DNA of 63,900 bases from an uncultured Enterobacteriaceae bacterium (lineage in GTDB: Bacteria > Pseudomonadota > Gammaproteobacteria > Pseudomonadales > Pseudohongiellaceae): contig CAZROW010000002.1 of NCBI GenBank assembly GCA_964601805.1, positions 21,172 to 85,071 on the forward strand. Reading direction: 5' to 3'. The notes under the pieces were generated by a model that was not told where the DNA came from, made no database searches, and saw only the letters and a program-made list of their open reading frames with translations. The position numbers were made by a program, and so were the translations under genes. This document shows positions 48,433 through 59,644 of the stretch, one piece after another; the stretch's first letter is position 1; every line of letters starts with the position of its first letter.

Positions 48433-50205
48433 CTAATCCGGCAAGGCAAACACGTATTGCCGGCTTTCAATACCCGGTGGTGTGCCTTCAATATACCGGG
48501 CCTGTCCTGCGGTAGTGACCGACGTTCCGGTACCTACAGAGATATACTGCTTGCCATTGACGGCAAAACTGATCGGGTAACCGGTAATGGAAGAGCCCAG
48601 GTTGGCTTCCCACAAGACTTCACCGGTTTCCTGGTCAAAGGCCCTGAAATTCCCTTCAATATCGCCCCCAAAGACCAGTCCGCCGGCCGTAGCCACCATG
48701 GAGAGGGCTGTACCGGCGGTTTCAAAAGTCCAGAGGGTCTCACCGGTTTCAGCGGAAATGGCATAAACAGTGCCCACATTGGTCCGTCCCTCGGCCAGTT
48801 TCTCCCGGCCAAAGAAGCCGTAAAGGACATCCGGGTCCTGTTCATCCTTGTCAGCGGTGACCGTCAGGTCCATACAGGTATTTTGCAGGCCGTAAAACAT
48901 GGTATTGGTCTGGGGACTGTATGCCCCCTCCTGCCAGTTCTTGCCACCCCCGGTGGAAGGACAGATTTCCCGCTGCTGACCGGTTTCACTGAACAGGGCT
49001 TCCGGATTGACCGTTGCCTTACCCGTTTCACCGTCGATGGAAGCCAGGACGTTCTGGTAAACCGTGGGCCTGGCCCACAGGAATTCGCCGGTTTCACGAT
49101 CTATGGTGTACACCACGCCTGTCTTGCCCGGTATGCCGGTAATGACCTTGTATTCCTTTTCCGGATCAATCGACGGATTGATCCAGGGAACCGCTTCCGG
49201 ATCAGGTGAAACCCGGGTGTTGACCAGCAGACGTTCAAACGGATGATCAAGGTCCCAGTGGTCCACCAGGTGCTGGTAGTACCAGGCGATGCTGCCGTCT
49301 TCCGGACGTATGGCCAACGTGGAGTTGTGATACAGGTATTCCTTGTCATTCCCTGCGAGCAGGAACTTGGGCGCCGGTGCCGTCACCGAAGTGCCCATGT
49401 AAATCAGGTTGAGTTCGGGATCATAACTGGGGGCCATCCAGGCACCCACATGCCAGCGTTTGTCCCAGGGCATGTCGCCCCAGCTATCGGTATCATCACC
49501 CGTAGGTGACTGGATCAGGTTCAGGCGCCAGATTTCCTCACCGGTTTCGGCATCGTGGGCCGCAATAAAGCAGGCCTCGGGCCCGGCAGGCGGCTGGCAG
49601 TTACGCCCGGAGACGGCCATACCATTGATCACTACCGGCCCATTGCTCTGCTGCGCCGGATGGGTGCGGTAGTCCAGGATCTTTGTTTCCCACTTGATCT
49701 CACCGGTGTGTACATCCAGTGCCAGGATATAGTCATCATTGGTGGTATAGATAATGGCATCGTCATAGATGGCCACATTGCGCATGGTCTTGTTGGCCCC
49801 CAGGTAGTCACCCAGGTCTTCCGGCATCTGGCGTACATACTCCCAGAGCATGTCTCCGGTTGTGGCATCGCGTGCCTGGATTACATCACCGGGGTTGGGC
49901 AGGTACATCATGCCGTCATAGACAAGCGGGGTGCCCTCCTGGATAGGGGTGCTGGGCAGCACACCGTCATGAAGCTCCGCTGACCAGACCAGTTCCAGGG
50001 CGCCGACATTATCCTTGCTGATCTGTTCCAGGGGGCTGAAGCCCCAGGAATCGAGGGTACGCCTGAAGCTTAACCAGTCCTCCGGATCAGGGTTGCGCAG
50101 CATCTCATCGGTCACCGGTACGTAATCACCCGACTGCGCAAGGCAGGCCGTACCAATCAAAAGGCTCAACAGGATACCTGTCGGTTTGGAGATTCCAGCG
50201 ATCAT
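48433..50205 (-). CDS. Periplasmic PQQ-dependent dehydrogenase (methanol/ethanol family beta-propeller)
   Basis: 590 aa with a signal peptide, repeated W-motif propeller blades and the catalytic-region motif VDHWDLDHP aligning with PHDEWDYAG/DYDG of MDH/XoxF. There is no CC pair anywhere in the protein. Confidence 0.8.
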   Translation of the reverse strand: MIAGISKPTGILLSLLIGTACLAQSGDYVPVTDEMLRNPDPEDWLSFRRTLDSWGFSPLEQISKDNVGALELVWSAELHDGVLPSTPIQEGTPLVYDGMMYLPNPGDVIQARDATTGDMLWEYVRQMPEDLGDYLGANKTMRNVAIYDDAIIYTTNDDYILALDVHTGEIKWETKILDYRTHPAQQSNGPVVINGMAVSGRNCQPPAGPEACFIAAHDAETGEEIWRLNLIQSPTGDDTDSWGDMPWDKRWHVGAWMAPSYDPELNLIYMGTSVTAPAPKFLLAGNDKEYLYHNSTLAIRPEDGSIAWYYQHLVDHWDLDHPFERLLVNTRVSPDPEAVPWINPSIDPEKEYKVITGIPGKTGVVYTIDRETGEFLWARPTVYQNVLASIDGETGKATVNPEALFSETGQQREICPSTGGGKNWQEGAYSPQTNTMFYGLQNTCMDLTVTADKDEQDPDVLYGFFGREKLAEGRTNVGTVYAISAETGETLWTFETAGTALSMVATAGGLVFGGDIEGNFRAFDQETGEVLWEANLGSSITGYPISFAVNGKQYISVGTGTSVTTAGQARYIEGTPPGIESRQYVFALPD

Positions 50206-50363
50206 ATTTTCCCCCGGTCATTCTTCTTATAATGATTATGCGAGCCGGACGATGCCGGCAAGTGCCCGCTGAAACTAGCAGACTTTATTGGGGGTGTCAC
50301 TCTACAAAGCAGGCGGTTCCCGTTATACTGCGGGGCTTTATCAGGCACCGGCCCCATTCCAAA

Positions 50364-53348
50364 ATGCAGTTAAAAGATTCCACGACATTGTCCCCCCGAA
50401 AACAGGCAAACTCCAAAGTCGACATTTCTCCCCACCCGGCATTTATTCACAAGCGCAGCCAGTTTCTCGAAACACTGAACCTGTCTGTTGAAGAGTATGA
50501 ACATCGCGAAACCGGTGCCATGCACTACCACCTGGCCAGCGATAACCCGGAAAATGTCTTCATGGTCGCCCTGCGTACTGTGCCTATGGATTCCACCGGT
50601 GTGGCGCATATCCTGGAGCATACTGCCCTGTGTGGCAGCCGCAAGTTCCCTGTGCGTGATCCCTTCTTCATGATGATCCGGCGTTCCCTGAACACATTCA
50701 TGAATGCCTTTACCAGCAGTGACTGGACCGCTTACCCCTTTGCCAGCCAGAACCGCAAGGATTTTGACAATCTGCTGGAAGTCTACCTGGACGCCGTATT
50801 TTTCTCGTCCCTGCACGAACTGGATTTTGCCCAGGAAGGCCATCGCCTGGAGTTTTCCCAGCCGGACAATCCGGATTCCCCCCTGGAATACAAGGGGGTG
50901 GTCTACAATGAAATGAAAGGCGCCATGAGCGCCCCGACATCGCTGATCTGGCAACAGCTGTGCAAACACCTGTTTCCGACCACCACCTACCATTACAACA
51001 GCGGTGGCGACCCGTCGGACATTCCTGATCTGAGCTATGAGCAGCTCAAGGCGTTTTACAAAACCCATTACCATCCCAGCAATGCCATCTTCATGACCTT
51101 TGGCAATATTCCCGCCAAGGAACACCAGCAGCGTTTTGAAGAACAGGCATTGAAAGAATTCAAACGCCTGGACGTGCATATCGCCGTCGGTGATGAGCAG
51201 CGCCTGCAGGCCCCTGTCAGGGTCAGGGAAAGCTACCCGCTCGATGAAGAGGACACCGCCAACAAGACCCACGTGGTGATCTCCTGGTTGCTGGGCAAGA
51301 GCACCGAATTGGCTGAAATGTACAAGGCACAATTGCTCGCCGGTGTCCTTCTGGAAAACAGTGCCAGCCCCCTGCTCCAGGTACTGGAAACCACCGAGCT
51401 GGGCAAAGCCCCCTCGCCGCTGTGCGGCCTGGAAGACTCCCACAAGGAAATGAGCTTCATGTGCGGCCTGGAAGGCTGCGCCGATGACAGTACCGAGGCC
51501 ATTGAAAGCCTCATTCTGGATACCCTGACACATATCGCCGACAACGGCATCGACCAGGACAAGGTGGAAGCCTCACTGCATTCTCTGGAATTAAGCCAGC
51601 GGGAAATCAGCGGTGATACCTACCCTTACGGTTTGCAACTGCTGCTTGCCGCACTGTCGACCGCCACCCATCGCGGTGATCCCATTGAATTCCTGGATAT
51701 AGACCCGGTTCTGGCCCAGCTGAAAGAAGATATCCAGGATCCGGACTACATCCCGTTCCTGATCCGCAAGTACCTGCTCGACAACCCCCATCGCGTCACC
51801 CTCACCGTCACGCCCGACTCCGCACTGTCGGAAAAAATGGCGGCGACGGAAGCCAGCAAACTGGCCGCGATCAAAGAGTCCCTTGAAGAAGATGACGTCA
51901 ACCTGATTATCGAGCGGGCCGCCCTGTTGAAGCAGCGCCAGGAACAGGAAGATGATCCGTCAATTTTGCCCAAGGTCACCCTGGATGATATTCCTGCCGA
52001 GGTCAGCTGGCCGGAGTCCTCTGTTCACCACCTCAATGTGGGTGAGTCACAGGCCCCCGCCCACTTTTATGCCCAGGGGACGAACGGCATCAGTTACCAG
52101 CAGATTATCCTGTCCATGCCGGCAATGGATCCGGCGCTTGCCGACATGCTGCCCTACTACACCAGCTGCGTACCCGAGCTGGGCATTGGCTCGCGTGATT
52201 ACCTGGAAATCCAGTCCCTGCAATCTGCCATCAGTGGTGGCATCAATGTCCACAGCACCATGCGCAGCAAGGTGGATGATGAGCAGTCCCTGAACAGTTA
52301 CATGGTCTATTCAGGCAAGTCCCTGTACCCGAACCAGCACCTGGTCAGCGACCTGCTCAGGGATACCCTGCTGGAATGCCGGTTCGATGAACATCAGCGG
52401 ATCAAGGAAATCATGGAGCAGATTTCTGCCCGGCGTGAGCAAAGTATTACCAGCCAGGGACACAGCCTGGCCGTCGGTGTCGCCTGCAGCCGACTCAGCC
52501 CCATTGCCGCCATGAACTACGAAAGTTCGGGAATGGCAGGTATCCAGCAGTTGAAAAGGCTCACTGCAGGCTTCGCAGAGCCGGCCAGTATTGCCGAGTT
52601 TGCCGGACACTTTGAACGCATTCACGAACATCTACTGTCTGCAGACAAACAGTTCCTGCTGATCAGTGAAGACAGTGAACGGGACTTGCTACTCGATAGC
52701 ATCACGCAATCCTGGCAAGGCAAATCCTCGCCGGTTCCAGGTAACGAATTTGTACTCCCCGGTTGCCGGGAGACCGTCAGGGAGGCCTGGCTGGCCAACA
52801 CCCAGGTAAGCTTCTGTGCCATGGCCTTTCCAACGGTACCTGTCGGCCATCCGGATGCCGCGGCGCTGACGGTGCTTGGTGGTTTCATGCGAAACGGCTT
52901 TTTGCACCGTGCGATACGTGAACAGGGTGGTGCCTATGGTGGTGGCGCAAGCCAGGATTTGGGCACGGCCACCTTCCGCTTTTTCTCATACCGTGACCCC
53001 CGCCTTACTGACACCCTGGAGGACTACCGGCGTGCCATCGACTGGTTACTGGAAAGTGATCATGATGCCCGCGCCCTGGAAGAAGCCATTCTTGGCGTGA
53101 TCTCCAGCCTGGACAAACCTTCCTCGCCATCCGGCACAGCCAGGCAGGCGTTTTACAACGAGTTGTTCGGGCGCGATCGTGAGCAACGGGCCAGGTTCCG
53201 TCGCAGTATTGTTGATGTCAGCCTGGAAGAGCTCAAGGCCGTCACCGAAAAGTACATGGCCAACAGCGAACCTGCCCTTGGTGTTATCACCAGCAAGTCC
53301 CGAGCTGAAGAAGTCGAAGCGCTCAACATGGACATACGGCAGTTTTAA
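50364..53348 (+). CDS. M16C (PreP/presequence-protease-like) zinc metalloprotease
   Basis: The ATG at 50364 gives a 994-aa protein with the inverted zinc motif HILEH...E and four M16 half-domains. The upstream part of the track ORF lacks homology signal. Confidence 0.8.
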   Translation: MQLKDSTTLSPRKQANSKVDISPHPAFIHKRSQFLETLNLSVEEYEHRETGAMHYHLASDNPENVFMVALRTVPMDSTGVAHILEHTALCGSRKFPVRDPFFMMIRRSLNTFMNAFTSSDWTAYPFASQNRKDFDNLLEVYLDAVFFSSLHELDFAQEGHRLEFSQPDNPDSPLEYKGVVYNEMKGAMSAPTSLIWQQLCKHLFPTTTYHYNSGGDPSDIPDLSYEQLKAFYKTHYHPSNAIFMTFGNIPAKEHQQRFEEQALKEFKRLDVHIAVGDEQRLQAPVRVRESYPLDEEDTANKTHVVISWLLGKSTELAEMYKAQLLAGVLLENSASPLLQVLETTELGKAPSPLCGLEDSHKEMSFMCGLEGCADDSTEAIESLILDTLTHIADNGIDQDKVEASLHSLELSQREISGDTYPYGLQLLLAALSTATHRGDPIEFLDIDPVLAQLKEDIQDPDYIPFLIRKYLLDNPHRVTLTVTPDSALSEKMAATEASKLAAIKESLEEDDVNLIIERAALLKQRQEQEDDPSILPKVTLDDIPAEVSWPESSVHHLNVGESQAPAHFYAQGTNGISYQQIILSMPAMDPALADMLPYYTSCVPELGIGSRDYLEIQSLQSAISGGINVHSTMRSKVDDEQSLNSYMVYSGKSLYPNQHLVSDLLRDTLLECRFDEHQRIKEIMEQISARREQSITSQGHSLAVGVACSRLSPIAAMNYESSGMAGIQQLKRLTAGFAEPASIAEFAGHFERIHEHLLSADKQFLLISEDSERDLLLDSITQSWQGKSSPVPGNEFVLPGCRETVREAWLANTQVSFCAMAFPTVPVGHPDAAALTVLGGFMRNGFLHRAIREQGGAYGGGASQDLGTATFRFFSYRDPRLTDTLEDYRRAIDWLLESDHDARALEEAILGVISSLDKPSSPSGTARQAFYNELFGRDREQRARFRRSIVDVSLEELKAVTEKYMANSEPALGVITSKSRAEEVEALNMDIRQF

Positions 53349-53449
53349 TTTTTTACGATGACCGGGAACTTTAAGTGCAACCGGCATTCTAAGATTTGTA
53401 GCCGGATGCATTGTGGTTAGTTGTAGTATCCGGCTCAGCTTCAACACAA

Positions 53450-53478
53450 AAGCCTGACTGATGTCAGGCTTTTTTTTG
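53450..53478 (+). terminator. Intrinsic terminator after the M16C protease gene
   Basis: AAGCCTGAC-TGAT-GTCAGGCTT followed by TTTTTTT (53471-53477). Confidence 0.85.
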
Positions 53479-53578
53479 GCCTTGATTATTGTCTCTTTTT
53501 CACGGTCACTTTTACTGTCGCACCAGGCATGTTGAACCGATAGGTTGACCACATGCATTGGCATATAATGTCGAACAC

Positions 53579-54715
53579 ATGAGTGATACCGTACAACAGC
53601 AGAACCTGGCAGCCAGCATTCGCGTCACACTAATCGGCGCCGTACTGGACCTGGTCCTTGGCATACTGAAAATTATTATCGGTATCAGTGCCAACTCCAT
53701 TGCCCTTATCTCCGATGGTGTCCACTCCCTGTCCGACCTGGTCACCGACGGCTTTGTGCTGATCGTGTCACGATTTTCCCATGCTGATCCCGACCGGGAT
53801 CATCCCTATGGTCACCGCCGTTTTGAAACCCTGGGCACCATCATCCTGGGCATCGTCCTGTTTGCCGTGGCCGGCATCATCTGTTTTGACAGTATCCGCC
53901 GCATTGTCCTGGAGGATCCCCTGCCGGTACCCGGCTGGCCGGGATTGATAGTTGCCGGATTCAGTATCGCCAGCAAGGAATGGATCTTTCGCTACACCCG
54001 GCAGGTCTCGGAAGAAATCAACTCCAGCCTGTTACTGGCCAATGCCTGGCACAGCCGCACCGATGCCATGTCCTCGGTGGCCGTGCTGATCGGCATCGGC
54101 GGTGCCATGGCAGGCTTTCCGGTCATGGATCAGCTGGCAGCAGTCATCGTTGCCCTGATGATCGCCTGGATTGCCTGGAAACTGGTCTTTCCCAGCCTCG
54201 GAGAACTGGTGGATACCGCATTGCCAACAGATAAGGTCAGGGCTATTCGCGAGCATGCCCTGGCCATGGAAGGGGTACTTGGCACGCATGAAATCAGGAC
54301 ACGCCTGCATGGTGGCCGCAGTTTCGTTGACCTGCATATCCAGGTGGATGAGCGCATCTCGGTATCTGAAGGACACTTCCTGGCTGACAGGCTGACCTTG
54401 TCCCTGAAAGAAACCATGCCGGACATTACCGATGTGGTGGTGCATGTGGACCCCGAACCCGATAACGAGCCCGGCTCGGCCCTGAAAGCACTGCCACTGC
54501 GCAGTGAAGTCCAGGCCCTGCTGAAGCAACGCTGGCAGGAAGAGCTCGGCAACGAAGGCCTGAAACGGCTTGAACTGCATTATCTGGGAAACCAGATTGA
54601 TGCAGACGTTTATCTTGATATATCTTTAATAAACAATGATTTAAAAGATAAACTTGACAATCTTGTTGAGGATGTATCCTGGCTCGGCAAGGTCAGCTTT
54701 TTCGGGATGCCGTGA
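53579..54715 (+). CDS. Cation diffusion facilitator (CDF) family metal efflux transporter
   Basis: Six TMs with the HSLSDL / H..D metal-site motifs and a C-terminal cytoplasmic domain. The ATG at 53579 is preferred over the TTG at 53558. Confidence 0.8.
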   Translation: MSDTVQQQNLAASIRVTLIGAVLDLVLGILKIIIGISANSIALISDGVHSLSDLVTDGFVLIVSRFSHADPDRDHPYGHRRFETLGTIILGIVLFAVAGIICFDSIRRIVLEDPLPVPGWPGLIVAGFSIASKEWIFRYTRQVSEEINSSLLLANAWHSRTDAMSSVAVLIGIGGAMAGFPVMDQLAAVIVALMIAWIAWKLVFPSLGELVDTALPTDKVRAIREHALAMEGVLGTHEIRTRLHGGRSFVDLHIQVDERISVSEGHFLADRLTLSLKETMPDITDVVVHVDPEPDNEPGSALKALPLRSEVQALLKQRWQEELGNEGLKRLELHYLGNQIDADVYLDISLINNDLKDKLDNLVEDVSWLGKVSFFGMP

Positions 54716-55472
54716 CGGTATCGTAGGCATTGCGAATATCCTGGACCTTCTTGTTCGCCAGTTCCATCATTTCCTCCGGCAGTCCCTTGGATACCAGCTT
54801 ATCCGGGTGATGCTGGTTCATCTGGCGCCGGTAGGCTTTTTTCACCTCCTGGTCACTGGCATGACGGTCCACTCCCAGTAGCTGGTAAGCATCGTCCAGT
54901 GACATACCCGCTTGCTGCTGGCTGTGCACGTGACGCTGGGCCTGCATTCGCTCCAGGATGCCCCGGTATTCCGCCTCACTGAAGCCCAGGATATCAGCGG
55001 CCTCCTGCAGGATACGGCTTTCCCCGGGATCAAGCGTGCCGTCAGACAGCGCCATGGCCACCTGGATCTCCAGGAACATCTGCAACAGGTTACGTCGGCG
55101 ATGGCACTCTACCCTGAATTGCTGCAACACATCCCGAAAGGGAAAGTCAGGCTTCTTGCCCTCGTTGAACAGCCGCTGGGCGACCTGCTTTTGCCGCGCA
55201 TCCAGGCGCATTTGCCGCATGACGTCTTCAGCGACGAATATTTCATTCCTGGAGACCTGCCCGTCCGACTTGGCGATATAGCCCATCGTGCCAAAGGTGG
55301 CGGTGAAAAAGGCGGTCTGGATCCGCTCGATATCACCAACAAAGGCCCCGCCCCCGAGTCGGTTCATGCCCTGGTCAAAATTATGACCGAAAGCAGCACC
55401 AAACATCGCGCCCAGTGGGCCACCGAGCATGAAGCCTAGGCCACCACCGATGATTTTTCCCCACCAGCTCAG
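54693..55472 (-). CDS. djlA: Co-chaperone DjlA (membrane-anchored J-domain protein), probable non-canonical CTG start
   Basis: C-terminal J domain (YQLLGV...HHPDKL). The first ATG (55430) would delete the conserved SWWGKIIGGGLGF membrane anchor that aligns with E. coli MQYWGKIIGVAVA. The only start-like codon upstream in frame before the stop is CTG at 55470-55472. Confidence 0.7.
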   Translation of the reverse strand: MSWWGKIIGGGLGFMLGGPLGAMFGAAFGHNFDQGMNRLGGGAFVGDIERIQTAFFTATFGTMGYIAKSDGQVSRNEIFVAEDVMRQMRLDARQKQVAQRLFNEGKKPDFPFRDVLQQFRVECHRRRNLLQMFLEIQVAMALSDGTLDPGESRILQEAADILGFSEAEYRGILERMQAQRHVHSQQQAGMSLDDAYQLLGVDRHASDQEVKKAYRRQMNQHHPDKLVSKGLPEEMMELANKKVQDIRNAYDTVTASRKS

Positions 55473-56074
55473 AAGAACAACCTCATGAACCAGTTGCGAC
55501 TCAGCGCTTTTTCACACTGGGCATATTGGCGTTGATACAGGTTGGCATTGGCCTGGACCCGGCGGCTGATATCAATAAGCTCCGGTTTGCTATTGTAGGT
55601 TCGGCGGGAAAAGCCGCCGTTGCCCTCGTGATAGGCCAGGTAATGGTTATAGGCGTCATCCCTGGCAATGCCGTTGACCCGTGTGGAATTGTTCGTATAC
55701 CAGCCAACAAAGTCGATGGCATCATCAAAACGTGAGCGTCTGGCACCCCAGTTCCCCGCTTCAGCCTTGTATTCCGTCCAGGTGCCATCCAGGACCTGTG
55801 CATAACCATAGGCAGACGAAGGACGGCGCCAGGGTATCAGGCCCAGCAGGCGGGTACGCTCCGGCTTGGCACGGGATATGAACGAGGATTCCTGCTGGAT
55901 GATGGCCATGGCGACAGGCACGGGTGTTTTCCAGCGTTTTTCAGCTTTGACTGCCGCCTTGTACCAGCTGCGGCGTTCTTCAAACATGCTGCAGATATTG
56001 CTGGTGTTTTGCGGCGGCGCCGAGGCACAGGAGACCAGGACCAGGACAGCCGCCAGGAGGAGGATCCTTTTCAT
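55469..56074 (-). CDS. Lipoprotein with lytic-transglycosylase (SLT-like) domain
   Basis: Start at MKRILLLAAVLVLVSC (lipobox LVSC). IIQQESSF and YGYAQVLDGTW motifs are typical of the SLT/goose-lysozyme fold. 201 aa. Confidence 0.6.
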   Translation of the reverse strand: MKRILLLAAVLVLVSCASAPPQNTSNICSMFEERRSWYKAAVKAEKRWKTPVPVAMAIIQQESSFISRAKPERTRLLGLIPWRRPSSAYGYAQVLDGTWTEYKAEAGNWGARRSRFDDAIDFVGWYTNNSTRVNGIARDDAYNHYLAYHEGNGGFSRRTYNSKPELIDISRRVQANANLYQRQYAQCEKALSRNWFMRLFF

Positions 56075-56131
56075 ACTGTTCAGGAGGGATTTCCCTTTAT
56101 CAAATAAGCACATACTGGATGCAAACTATGT

Positions 56132-56153
56132 CAAAAACAGGGCAAAGCCCTGC
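56132..56153 (-). terminator. Intrinsic terminator after ligA
   Basis: CAGGGC-TTT-GCCCTG followed on the minus strand by TTTTTGAC, about 60 nt after the ligA stop. Confidence 0.6.
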
Positions 56154-56214
56154 CTTTTTCAGGACAATGGCCCGAATACCTTGAATCTGATTGGAAGGGG
56201 TACTTTACACGCTT

Positions 56215-58257
<2,043 letters not shown>

Positions 58258-58285
58258 TCACCCGCGGCGAACAGGTTGCCGCATA

Positions 58286-59494
58286 TTACTTCCTGGCAAG
58301 CATTTCCAGCTCGAAGTCACGAATGCGCTGGCGACTGTGCTCGATGGTCTGGCGAGTAAGCACGCTGCGGTTTTCATCCTTGAGATTGGCATCGAGTTCT
58401 TCCTTGACGGCCTGTGCGGTTTGCAGCATCTGGTCAAAGCACTGCATATTGCCGACCTTGTTGGGCAACTGCATAAAAAAGCTGACCCCGGGCGTGGTAA
58501 AGGTTTCCATCTCACCGATGGAAAACGTACCGGGTCGGAGCATGTTGGCCATGCTGAACATAACCGGTCCCTTGCCGTTATTGTCAGCATGACGGTGAAA
58601 GATGCTCATGTCACCCAGGCGCATGCCATGCTTCATCAGGACAGGCAGCATGCGCTTGCCCTCTATGACCATACCTGGCCTGGCCATGACGTTGATGATG
58701 ATGACTTCCTCAGCCTGGGCCTGCTCATCGGACTCTTCCGCGGGTTCCTCATCCTCATGTTCAAACAGGTCATGATGCTCAAGGTTCAGCTCACCCTGGT
58801 CATCGCGCCCGAACGTCATGTCATCGTCACCAAAAGTGGGCTCGATTCGTTCATCCGGCCGTGTTTTTCGCTTCTTTTCTTTCTGTTGGTCTTTCTGTTG
58901 ATTGCTGGCTGCTACCGGTTCTGGCTCCTCTCCCTCGAGGCTTACCGGGTCGATATCACGCCAGGAATCATCTTCCTGTTCATCTTCGTCATCGACCTCA
59001 TCCCCGTATTCGCCCTCATCGTCAGCCATGAAACTGTCTTCGTCTTCATCAGCCGGGTCATCCTGTTCGTCAAAGTCGTCTTCATCGGAAAAGTCTACTT
59101 CTGAGTCGTCTTCATCAACAATAGCCGTGGCAAAGTCTTCTCCTGGTGCTTGCCAGGTTCCGTCATTGTGATGGGCTTCGTCATTCAGGTCGTCATCCGT
59201 CTCATCGGGAACCGAATCGGCGTAGCCCGCGATATCCTCGTCATCGATATCCACGGAATCCACCAGTACAGGCACTTCTTCCCCGGCCCGGGTCTTGATG
59301 CGTGCCCCACCGTTTGGCAGCTCGGATTTGACGATAACGTCATTGACGTCTTCGACATCCTCGGCAGGAATGTTCTTCTCGAGTTTTACGCGAATGCGAT
59401 TTTTGCGTTCCAGCCACTTGCGCCGAAAGCCGTCCAGCAGGATCAGCACGATAAACACTATGACTATGATGGCTAACCAGTCTCTGATACCCAT
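58286..59494 (-). CDS. zipA: Cell division protein ZipA
   Basis: N-terminal TM (WLAIIVIVFIVLILL), a long acidic low-complexity linker and a conserved FtsZ-binding C-domain. Sits in the smc-zipA-ligA order. Confidence 0.85.
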   Translation of the reverse strand: MGIRDWLAIIVIVFIVLILLDGFRRKWLERKNRIRVKLEKNIPAEDVEDVNDVIVKSELPNGGARIKTRAGEEVPVLVDSVDIDDEDIAGYADSVPDETDDDLNDEAHHNDGTWQAPGEDFATAIVDEDDSEVDFSDEDDFDEQDDPADEDEDSFMADDEGEYGDEVDDEDEQEDDSWRDIDPVSLEGEEPEPVAASNQQKDQQKEKKRKTRPDERIEPTFGDDDMTFGRDDQGELNLEHHDLFEHEDEEPAEESDEQAQAEEVIIINVMARPGMVIEGKRMLPVLMKHGMRLGDMSIFHRHADNNGKGPVMFSMANMLRPGTFSIGEMETFTTPGVSFFMQLPNKVGNMQCFDQMLQTAQAVKEELDANLKDENRSVLTRQTIEHSRQRIRDFELEMLARK

Positions 59495-59644
59495 GCGCTT
59501 TATCTAGTCCCGTTTATCGTCCTGTTTTAAGGTGAAAAGTAAAATGAATAGTCTTGTTTGTGTGCCTGTATCGCTTTACCAGGGGATAGTCACCCCGAGA
59601 TTATTAATCCACTCTGGCCTTTCCTGCAACCTGTTGCCGACAGC

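Noticed and set aside
53545-53569. TTGACC ... TATAAT promoter-like hexamers just upstream of the CDF gene, hinting at a leaderless mRNA
   Set aside because: The spacer between the hexamers is only 13 nt, far from the optimal 17. Neither possible start has a clear Shine-Dalgarno, so I cannot support a promoter call from sequence alone.
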